Of a stretch of DNA of 64,000 nt, positions 24,034 to 35,100 are shown piece after piece (the first letter of the stretch is position 1; each line of letters begins with the position of its first letter). The position numbers and the translations under genes were made by a program. The stretch is from Octopus sinensis (lineage: Eukaryota), in NCBI RefSeq assembly GCF_006345805.1, contig NW_021833614.1, forward strand, positions 2,133-66,132. Direction: 5' to 3'. A model generated the notes under the pieces. That model was not told the DNA's origin. It did no database searches and saw only the letters and a program-made list of their open reading frames with translations.

Positions 24034-24399
24034 ATATATATATGCTTGCATACATACAAACGTACATACATACATGCATATTATAAAGAGCAAGCGGGGA
24101 AAGAGAGAGAGAGAGAGAGAGAGCTGAGAAGAAAGATAGAAGGAAAGAAAAGAAGAGATGAAAACCTCTTTTGCTTGAGATTTTAGTCTGTACACACATC
24201 AAGCTTCACAGGTTTTAGCTTAACGTAAGACGCTATCGGCGAAGTGGAAACGTTTTCAGAGCTCTCACTCGAATCACGCTGCTCTTTCAGTTTATATTGC
24301 TTCCATTCTGAGTTCTAATTCAACTACCGTCAAGTTTTCTCCCTTTTTTTTCTCCCATCAAGTTTTCTCTCATTTTCTTGAGGCAATAATATAAAATCC

Positions 24400-25000
24400 A
24401 AGAGTAGGGAACTGGTGGAATCATAAGAACTTCTCCCAGAATACCTTATAGTGTTTGTCCCACATTTTTTGTTCTTTTGGATATTTGGGTGGTATATTTA
24501 ATTCATCACCTGGTGTATTATCGTCGAATGGCCCCAGAGTTTCATTCTTTTGCAAGCATTCTGACCAGGCTTCTGGTCTTTAGGATAACTTTCTCCTACA
24601 ATTCTACTGGTCTCCGATGTCCTATGAAGAATAATAGTCACCGCCAACTTCCCTGAATAACAAATTTTGTTTTTGTAATGTTTTAATTAGTAATTGGAAG
24701 CTCGTTACATTACGAGCAGACAGCAGAAGAAATATTTGGAGAAAGAAATCCCATCAAGCATGTGTTTCGATCTGTTAGCTCCTGACACTTTAGACGAAGA
24801 CCTAGGTCATGACTCCTAGATGTCATGCAGTTTTTGAAATGCATCTTTAGAGAAGATTGAACTCGGAAACTTCGAGTGATCTTAGTTACCTGACCTGTGG
24901 TATGTATCACTCGAATACGAAAGCCACTGCAAGGATTTGCATCGTAGATCTATTTCAAACAGGGTTTCCTTCCAACTATGTTTACTGGCTTGCAGTATTT
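24400..25000 (-). mobile_element. Highly decayed LINE relic, possibly an R4/Dong C-terminal endonuclease region
   Basis: WDFFLQ..L.AR, EKV.K...LVRM and GILGEVL fragments loosely follow the RLE domain order; many stops. Confidence 0.3.
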
Positions 25001-25298
25001 TTTTCAGCTCTAACTATCGGTTCTCTTTGCCCATTGCCTCATTGAACTCTTCTCAACTGTCTCTGACAATCGTTTCGTCGTCACTGCTTTTTTCTGACTT
25101 TTTGATTTCGTTCTGACCTTGTAGTTGACCCATGGAGTCTGCAACATTCTTCGAGCTATTTTACAGAGCTTAAAAAAATTAAAGGACCGCTGCAAAAAGC
25201 GAGTGAATCTGAGAGAGGAATGTTTTGAATAAAATCATAATTAACTGATCTCCTGTATTTTTTTTTTGCTCAAAGCCAGAAACGTTTCAACAACCCTA

Positions 25299-25329
<31 letters not shown>

Positions 25330-25337
<8 letters not shown>

Positions 25338-26055
25338 ATGTTACATTACTCGGTAGTCAAGATAAAACTCTGACTTTCAGATGCCGAAGTGGAAATCCAC
25401 AACACCATCTCTTCGGTTATCTGGCTATTTGAAAACGTTATGAAAAAATACCGTTAAAAATGAAGGGAAATTACTCTGTTATAACTCTGCTTTGCCTGCG
25501 TACTTATACATCGCTCGCATTTTTCGTCATAAAAATTATATAAAAATACATAAAAATATATAAAAATATATAAAAATATATAAAATCTTCTTGGGACATA
25601 ACACAGAAAGCATGTTCTATCCGTTTTCTATAGGGGACCAAAAACGTAACAGAAATTTAGTCACATGTGGGCATGATCCGAAAAGCTCTGTCCTTGTATT
25701 TAGACATAGAGCTTTTCGGATCATGCCCACATGTGACTAAATTTCTGTTACGTTTTTGGTCCCCTAAGAAACGGATAGAACATGCTTTCTGTGTTATGTC
25801 CCAAGAAGATTTTATATATTTTTATATATTTTTATGTATTTTTATATAATTTTTATGACGAAAAATGCGAGCGATGTATAAGTACGCAGGCAAAGCAGAG
25901 TTATAACAGAGTAATTTCCCTTCATTTTTAACGGTATTTTTTCATAACGTTTTCAAATAGCCAGATAACCGAAGAGATGGTGTTGTGGATTTCCACTTCG
26001 GCATCTGAAAGTCAGAGTTTTATCTTGACTACCGAGTAATGTAACATATTGTATA
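25330..26055. mobile_element. 726-bp foldback element (arms 360 and 348 bp, 18-bp spacer)
   Basis: Arms 25330-25689 and 25708-26055 are reverse complements, apart from one extra TAAAAATATA unit and a small indel; TA at both ends. Confidence 0.9.
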
Positions 26056-26121
26056 GATAAATTTCCTCTATTTACATAATATTGAGGTCTCTTTCTTTCT
26101 TTTGTTATCTTACCGTTTTAT

Positions 26122-26161
<40 letters not shown>

Positions 26162-26166
<5 letters not shown>

Positions 26167-26361
26167 ATCCAAACAAGAAAACAAAAACAAAAAAACAACG
26201 CAAGGACGTGGAACAAATAAAGTATTATTGGACGCTCAGGAAAGAAGGGAAGAAGGAGGGTTTGACGTTTCGAGCGGAGCTCTTCGTCGGAAACATAGGA
26301 GCAGGAAAGATCCCGAGAAGGGAAGACAGGGGAAACAAATCGCTAGTGATACAGACGAGGT
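26162..26361 (-). mobile_element. Penelope-type terminal-repeat-like element with a hammerhead-like motif
   Basis: Paralog of 444-650; hammerhead fold at 26260-26294. Confidence 0.6.
26260..26294 (-). ncRNA. Minimal type-I hammerhead-like fold with a non-canonical CCGACGA core
   Basis: GTTT-CCGACGA-A-GAGC-TCC-GCTC-GAA-ACGT-C-AAAC: stem I GTTT/AAAC, stem II GAGC/GCTC, palindromic ACGT stem III, GUC triplet. Confidence 0.55.
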
Positions 26362-26912
26362 CGAGCAAAACGCCCCCCGTCTAATGGACGGTGCTGAGTT
26401 GTCAAACATTTAAACCAAATTTTCTCAAAACAACTTGTTCGACCGTCCCATAGGCCTTCCCTTTGAAAAACTGATTTAACCTAAATTTGACATCAGCAAA
26501 AGAAGAAATAAAGATAGACTTCTTCCTATTCCAAAGAAAAACGATTTTATTCACACAAAAATGCAACGGAAGAGTTTAAAGTACCAGTAATGATAAGGCT
26601 GTTGACTGGGAGAATACAAACATGGTAGAAACAGTAAGCCTTTAAGCAGTACAAAAACAACAGAAAATGGAAGGTGCAGTTATCTACAGGTTGGCGGAAG
26701 AAAAGCAGGAAAAAAACAGCTTTATCTATCGCATTCTCACCTGGAATCGATTTTTGTAATGTAATATATACACGCCCCGATACCGTCGGTATCAGCATAT
26801 CAAATTTGAGCGCAATCGGATGGAGGATGCCTGAGATTCGAGAAGACACACACAGAGACAGACAGACAGAACGGATTTTATAGAAGAGATATGCACAGGG
26901 TTTTTGAAAGAC

Positions 26913-27139
26913 TTAACCGGTTTCACAAATGTCTCTGATTTTTAAAAGTTGAGAGAAAAAGACATGGAGCTATGCTGCAACTGTTTGCTTTTTATTGGAA
27001 TTCAAAAACGTGGGTCATGTTTTCTCATTAAAAAAAAGATCCTGTTTCAATTCCAATCAGGTACAACGCAGTTGCAGCGTAGTTCGACTTCTTTCTCTCT
27101 CAACTTTTGGAAATCAGAGAAACCCGTGAAAACGGTTAA
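26913..27139. repeat. Diverged inverted repeat, about 70-bp arms (MITE-like)
   Basis: TTAACCGGTTTCAC...GCTGCAACTG versus CAGTTGCAGC...GTGAAAACGGTTAA. Confidence 0.75.
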
Positions 27140-28147
27140 ATTTTTTAAAATTTAAAAATAAAAAATCTAAACGAATCACAGTACATTTTCAGCTTTTTTT
27201 TCTATATTTCAACCCGTGTTGAATAAAATAACTTAGTTATGTATGTGGATATGTGTGTGTGAATATGTGTGTGGATGTGTGTGTATATGGAGATGTGTGT
27301 ATGTGTGAATGTGTGTGTGAAAATGTGTGTGTATGTGTATGTAAATGTGTGCGAAATTGTGTGTATATGTGTGTGAATGCGTGTGCGAAATTGTGTGCGT
27401 GTATGTGTGTATGTGTGTGTTTATAAATGCATGTATGCATATAGCAACTTAGATTGAAACACGATACATTTGAATATGAATGCCTCCTAGTATTTAGACC
27501 TTCCTTGGTTGTTTTTCTTTCTATGCGAGTACCCACTGCGCAGTTCCATCTTTAGAGGGACCGACGAAATATGTGCGACAAAAAGGGTTTGATATAAGCA
27601 ACAACAAAGAAACGCTTTGAAGTGGATGCCCCAGTATGGCCGCCAACCTGTGAGTGAAACTAGTGAAGGGTAGAAGAATAACCAACTGTATCACCTGCAG
27701 TGAGTACCGGAAATGGTGACGCCGAAAACCCGGAAACATGGGTGGTATGAAGAAAAAAAAATGATTGATGCGTTTGGAGAAGGAGGGAGAGAGAGAGGGA
27801 GGCAGTAATAAGGATATGTAGAGGGTGGAGAGAGAGATACAAGAGAAAGAGAAGGAGGGAGAAGTTGAGAGAGTGGATGAGAGAGCGAGAGAATAGGGGT
27901 GATGGAGAGACAGTGAAAGAAGTGAGTCTTAAAGTCCAAATGACTACCACCGGAAGGGTGGTTGTTTATAAGTAGATTAGCCGTGACCGGATAAACAGGT
28001 CTGGGTGGATCGCTAGAGGATTGAACCTCTTGACGGTTTTTCTAGAGCAGGGTACTACACAAAGTTTCTTATTTGATCTGGTTAAAGATTTACGGAGATG
28101 TACTTGCATAGCAAGTGATTTGATCTGAGATCGTGTGCTGAAACGAA

Positions 28148-28380
28148 AACAATTGCAGCGTGGAAGGTGTTTGTAAGCCATTTAAGAAACACACAAAAGC
28201 CGTTCGATTCACTTCAACATTTAAGTTTAACTTCTCAAATTATTTTCGACCTGTTGAACAGATCGCGGTCTTAAAGCGACGAAAATATTTTGACAAATTA
28301 AACTTAAATGTTGAAGTGAATCGAACGGCTTTTGTGTGTTTCTTAAATGGCTTACAAACACCTTCCACGCTGCAATTGTT
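28148..28380. repeat. Inverted repeat with perfect 83-bp arms
   Basis: 28148-28230 is the reverse complement of 28298-28380; imperfect pairing continues inward. Confidence 0.92.
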
Positions 28381-28489
28381 CTGGTTAAAGAGTTGTGGGA
28401 AAAAAACTGTACGGAAAGGCGTAACGTCACATTTGAATCAGACATGGGTGATGTATGGATGTATCGTTCGTATATCTTTTATTTTATTT

Positions 28490-28620
28490 TTTATCTTTTA
28501 GTCGTTTAATTCATTAGACTGCGGTCATGCTGGAGTACCGCTTTGAAGAATTTTAGTCGAACAAATCGATCTCAGTACTTTTTTTTAAGCCTGGTACTTG
28601 TCCTATCGGTCTTTTTGTTG
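28490..28620 (-). mobile_element. Family A SINE tail fragment
   Basis: GACTGCGGTCATGCTGGAGTACCGC...GTCGAACAAATCGATCTCAG...CTATCGGTCTTTTTG. Confidence 0.7.
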
Positions 28621-28624
28621 AAAT

Positions 28625-29418
28625 GTAAGAAGAACTGCTGAGCAGCAAGAAGGAAACCACTTCTTCAACAAACCAATATCAAGAGATTGGGCCACTGAGA
28701 TGATGGAGGGGTCACTAATATGAACACTGTCACATTCTCTGATGAGTCCAGATTTGCTGTATTTTCTGACAGTGATCAAGTGTTGGTCTGGAGACTCTGT
28801 GGTCAAGAATTTGATGTGAAAAGATTGCAGCTAACACTGAAACACGGCAGCTATTCTGTGACGATCTGGGACCAATTTGGAGTAATGGTTGATCAGAACT
28901 GGTGGAGTGTGAGGGAAACATAAACTCAAATAAATATGTGTCTCTATTGCAGAAGGGATTCCTCCCAATCTTCTCCAGTGGTGAAATGATTAAAGAAGAC
29001 TCATTATTTATGGGAGATGGAGCTTCATGTCACACGGCTAAAAAGTCACAAGATTGGTTGGAAGAGAATGGCATTAAGGAGCTTCGATTGCCAAGCGAGT
29101 CACTAGGTATGAATCCCATTGAACACATCTGGGGCATAGTGGACAGGACACTTCGTAAAAAGAACAAGGAAACATCTTCAAATCCAGATCTTTTGATATT
29201 ACTGCATGAAACTTGGCAAGAAATTCCTGAAGAGAATATTCGTCATCTGATCAGTAACACGCCTAATTGAGTCCTTGCACAGAAAGACATAAATGGCATG
29301 TCTACGAAATATTAGATATTCACATTTTAATTATCAATAAATAATTTGAATCTATAATTTCAGATTTAAATAAATTTTAGCGATTATAAGGGTGTCTATT
29401 TTACTCCTGTTATGTCTG
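28625..29418 (+). mobile_element. Tc1-family DD34E transposase relic with right TIR
   Basis: FSDESRF, then MGDGASCH...GMNPIEHIW with exactly 34 residues between D and E; ends GGGTGTCTATTTTACTCCTGTTATGTCTG followed by TA; frameshifted, no left end seen. Confidence 0.92.
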
Positions 29419-29499
29419 TATATGAGTGTGTGCGTGTATGTGTGTGTGTGTGTGTACATGTGTGTGCGCACGCGCGTATGTATATATAAGTGTGTGTAC

Positions 29500-29710
29500 G
29501 TATGATAGATCGTTAGCTCCTACACGCAATTTTTTCTCTCCTTTTTTCTCTCCTTGTTTCTCTCTTTGTTTTTTTCTGTGTATCTTTCTGTCAAAGAGCG
29601 TAGACTCGAAAAGTAAAATACTTTTTCTATTCCTGAGCGCTATACTAATAAATTTGTTTGTTTGTACTCCACCTGTCTTCGTCTTTTGTTTATTTTCGTA
29701 AACTTTCCCT
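29500..29710 (+). mobile_element. Diverged relative of the 444-650 / 26162-26361 family
   Basis: CTTT-CTGTCAA-A-GAGCGTAGACTC-GAAAAGTA-AAAT followed by TTCCTGAGCG, as in the paralogs. Confidence 0.5.
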
Positions 29711-30186
29711 ATGTATGTATATATATATATATATAAGCAAAAATATTCGAATTTTTACATTCACAGTAAGATATTAGTATCATCTGTGGCGAAGATTTCT
29801 GTTATTTCCTGTTATTTTCTATTATTTTGGTGCCTTGCGGCGGTTGAATTAAGACTTCAGCTCTTAGTTCTAAATAGGCTGATGCTTTCTTGCATCCTTA
29901 TTCTTCGTGCTAATTTCAAATTACACACACACACACACATATGAAGACATCCACCCGAACTGAACTAACGGCAGAATCTCTCAATAGAGCGAAACTGATA
30001 TGTAACCCCCACGTACTTAAAAGCATATTATGCCACCTGAGGAGCCTTCTTTGTAGTGTGCGTTGCATCTGGTGTTATTGCATCGTTCCACGCCCACAAG
30101 GGAGGAGCAGGGATCATGAAAAGACGAAAGAATTGCTGCGACAATAAATTGGTTTATGGTGCACTCAGTGTTTATATGTACATAAG

Positions 30187-30267
<81 letters not shown>

Positions 30268-30272
30268 GTATA

Positions 30273-30316
<44 letters not shown>

Positions 30317-30378
30317 CATATATATATATATAATACATATATATATATATATAATATATATATACTATATATATATAC

Positions 30379-30457
<79 letters not shown>

Positions 30458-30460
<3 letters not shown>

Positions 30461-30666
30461 GAGTGGCTGTGTGGTAAGTAGTTGCTTGCCAACCACATGG
30501 TTCCGGGTTCAGTCCCACTGCATGGCACCTTGGGCAAGTGTCTTCTACTATAGCCTCAGGCCGACCAAAGCCATGTGAGTTGATTTGGTAGACGGAAACT
30601 GAAAGAAGCCTGACGTATATATGTATATATGTATATATATATATATATAATATATATATATATGTG

Positions 30667-30702
<36 letters not shown>

Positions 30703-30889
30703 CTGTGTTTGTGTGTCTGTGTTTGTCTCACTAGCATTGCTTGACAACCGATGGTGGTGTGTTTATGTCCCCATTACTTAGCGGTTCGGCAAAAAGCTTA
30801 CAAAGCCCCGGGTTCGAGTTGCTCGATTAAAGGCGGTGCTCCAGCATGGCCGCAGTCAAATGACTGAAACAAGTAAAAGAGTAAAAGAG
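30458..30889 (+). mobile_element. Family A SINE
   Basis: CAGGAGTGGCTGTGTGGTAAGTAG...GACGGAAACTGAAAGAAGCC...GACTGAAACAAGTAAAAGAG. Confidence 0.9.
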
Positions 30890-30902
30890 TATATGTATAT
30901 AC

Positions 30903-30944
<42 letters not shown>

Positions 30945-31100
30945 GGGCGCAAATTCCGCCGAGGTCGACTTTGCCTTTCATCTTTTTGGGGTCGATAAAT
31001 AAAGTACCAGTTTCGAACTGGGGCCAATGTAATCTACTTAATCCGTTTGTATGTCCTTGTTTGTCCTCTCTATGTTTAGCCCTTGTGAGCAGAAAAGAAA
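30945..31100 (+). mobile_element. Family B SINE, headless
   Basis: CAAATTCCGCCGAGGTCGACTTTGCC...TTTAGCCCTTGTG. Confidence 0.8.
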
Positions 31101-31588
31101 TATATATATATATACATATATCTATATACGACGTGCTTCTTTCAGTTTCCTTCTTCAAAGTCCACTCACAAGGCTTGGTTGCCCTAATGCTGTTGTCGAG
31201 GACACTGAACTCAGAACCACGTGATTGGGAAACAAAATTCTTACCACAATCATGCCTCCGCTTATATATTACGTCGGTACATGCGTGTTTGTGTGTATGT
31301 ACGCGTATGCATGCGTGTGTATATGTTTGTGTGTATACGTATGTATATGTGTGTTTGTATGCATATGTATATATCTACTTCTATACATGTGTGTGTATGT
31401 ATGCTTAAGTCTATGTATCTATTTCTATATGTATGTATATTTACGTGTTTGCATGTATGTGTATATATGCACGCATATGTTTGTATATGTGCGTGTTACT
31501 ATTTGAGTGAATGTTTATACGTGTATGTAAGAATATTTGAATGTGTGAACATATTAGTGCGTGCGTATGTGTCTGAGCGCATTAGTGT

Positions 31589-31627
<39 letters not shown>

Positions 31628-32175
31628 TGAGAGAGATAGAGAGAGAGGGAGAGAGAATGACGATCTTTCCAGAAAGGTCTCTCACTGTGTGACTTTGAAT
31701 ACTTTCTTCTTAATCATTCCTCAAAGACATTTCATTTTGATCTGATGTTCTTTTATTTATTTTTCATTTTATTTATTTATTTATTTATTCATTTATGTTG
31801 CGAGGCTAGAAACATTTGTTGTTGTTGTTGTTGTTTTTGCTGTTATTCCAACAAATATGCTGGTACCTCCTACTAAATACTTTTAAATAGCCAACCCCCT
31901 TCTTCCTAATTTTTCATTTCTGCTGGTAATGAGAAACTCAACACCGAACCAATCTTGAGACCACAACCACAACCGCCACCACCACAACCATCACCACCAC
32001 AACTACCAACATTATATTCACCCCCTCCCACTACAAACAACAAGAAGCAGCCAACTAACCTCGCTCAAAAAATTTATCTCCAGCAGCCTCTGAAAATTAC
32101 TAGAAGCTTTTAAGTTTAATAGCAATGTCGACGCCAAGTATAAATATATATTATATATGCTATGCTATGCTATGC

Positions 32176-35100
32176 GATGGATGTATGGATGGATGGATGG
32201 ATGGATGAATGGTTGAATGGTTGGATGGATAGATGGATGAATGGATGGATGGATGGATGGGTGGATGGATGGTTGAATGGGTGGATTGATAGATGGATGG
32301 ATGGATGGATGGGTGGATGGATGGTTGAATGGGTGGATTGATAGATGGATGGATGGATGGATGAATGGGTGGATGGATGGATGGATGGATGGATGGATAG
32401 GTAGATGGATGGATGGGTGGATGGATGGATGGATGGATGGATGGATGGATGGATGGATGGGTGGATGGATGGTTGAATGGGTGGATGGATGGATGGATGG
32501 ATGGATGGCTGAATGTGTGATTGGATGGATAGATGGGTGGATGGGTATATGGATGGATGGATGTGTGGGTGGATGGATGGATGGTTGAATAAGTGGATGG
32601 ATATATGGTTGAATGGGTGGATGGATGGTTGAATGGGAGGATGGATGTGTGGATGGGTGGGTGGATGAATGGATGTATTGGGTGGATGGATGGATGGATG
32701 GATGAATGGTGAATGGGTGGAGGGATGGATGGATGGATGGAGGATGAATGGATGGATGGATGGGTGGATGGATGGTTGAATGGGTATGGATAGATAGATG
32801 TGTGGATGGGTATATGGATGGATGGATGTGTGGGTAGATGGATGGATGGTTGAATAAGTGGATGGATGTATGGTTGAATGGGTGGATGGATGGATGGATG
32901 GGTGGATGGATGGTTGAATGGGTGGATGGATGGTTGAATGGGTGGATGGTTGGATAGATGGGTGGATGGGTATATGGATGGATGGATGTGTGGGTGGAAG
33001 GATGGATGGTGAATAAGTGGATGGATGGAAGTATGGTTGAAGGGTGGATTGATAGATGGATGGATGGATGGATGAAGGTGGATGGATGGATGGATGGATG
33101 GATGGATAGGTAGATGGATGGATGGGTGGATGGATGGATGGATGGGTGGATGGATGGATGGATGGATGGATGGATGGATGGATGGTTGAATGGGTGGATG
33201 GATGGATGGATGGATGGATGGCTGAATGGGTGATTGGATGGATAGATGGGTGGATGGGTATATGGATGGATGGATGTGTGGGTGGATGGATGGATGGTTG
33301 AATAAGTGGATGGATATATGGTTGAATGGGTGGATGGATGGTTGAATGGGAGGATGGATGTGTGGATGGGTGGGTGGATGAATGGATGTATTGGGTGGAT
33401 GGATGGATGGATGGATGAATGGTTGAATGGGTGGAGGGATGGATGGATGGATGGAGGATGAATGGATGGATGGATGGGTGGATGGATGGTTGAATGGGTA
33501 TGGATGGATAGATGTGTGGATGGGTATATGGATGGATGGATGTGTGGGTAGATGGATGGATGGTTGAATAAGTGGATGGATGTATGGTTGAATGGGTGGA
33601 TGGATGGATGGATGGGTGGATGGATGGTTGAATGGGTGGATGGTTGGATAGATGGGTGGATGGGTATATGGATGGATGGATGGATGGGTGGATGGATTGG
33701 TGGATGGATGGATGGTGGGTGGAAGGATGGATGGTTGAATAAGTGGATGGATGGAAGTATGGTTGAATGGGTGGAGGGATGGATGGAGGGGTGGATGGAT
33801 GGGTGGATGGATGGGTGGGTGGATGGGTGGATGGATTGGTGGATGGATGGATGGATTGGTGGATGGATGGTTGGATGCATTGGTGGATGGATGGATGGGT
33901 GAATGGATGGATGGATGGATTTGTGGATGGATGGTTCAATGGGTGGATGGATGGTTGAATGGGAGGATGGACGGAAGGATGGATGGGGGATGGATGGATG
34001 GATGGATTGGGTGGATGGATGGATTGGTGGATGGATGGATTGGTGGATGGATGGTTGAATGGGTGGATGGATAATTGAATAGGAGGATGGATGGATGGAT
34101 GGATGGTGGGTGGATGGATGGATGGATGGATTGGGTGGATGGATGGATGGAGGGATGGATGAATGAATGGTTGAATGGGTGGATGGATGGATGGATGGAT
34201 GGATGGATGAATGGATGGATGGATGGATGGGTGGATGGATGGTTGAATGGGTGGATTGATGGATGGATTGATGGAAGGATGGGTGGATGGATGGATGGAT
34301 GGATTGGTAGGTGGATGGATAGATAGATGGATAGGTGGATGGATGGATGAATTGGGGATGGATGGATGGATGGATGAATGGATGGATGGGTGGATAGATG
34401 GATGGATGGATGGATGGATGGGTGGATGGATGGATGGATGGATTGGGTGGATGGATGGATGGATGGAAGGATGGAAGGATGGATGAATGGTTGAATGGGT
34501 GGATGGATGGATAGATGGATGGGTGAATGGATGGATGGATGGATGGGTGGATGGATGGTTGAATGGGGGGATTGAAGGATGGATGGATGGGTGGATGGAT
34601 GGTTGGATGGATGGATAGGTCAAAGGATGTATGGATGGGTGGATGGATGGATGAATTGGTGGATGGATGGATGGATGGGTGGATGGATGGATGGATGAAT
34701 GGTTGAATGGGTGGATGGATGGATGGATGGATGAGTGGATGGATGTATGGATGGATGTGTGGGTGGATGGATGGAATGTTGAATGGGTGGATGGATGGAT
34801 GGATGGATGGATGGTTGAATGGATGGATGGATGGAAGGATGGATGGAGGGGTGGATGGATGGATGGGTGGATGGATGGATGGGTGGATGGGTGGATGGAT
34901 GGATGGATGGATGGATGAATGGGTGTGTGGATGGATGGATGGATGGATGGTTGAATGGGTGGATGGATGGATGGATGAATGGGTGGATGGATGGATGGAT
35001 GGATGGATGGTGGGTGGATGGATGGATGGATGGATTGGTGGATGGATGGATGGAGGATGGATGAATGAATGTTGAATGGTGGATGGATGGATGGATGGAT

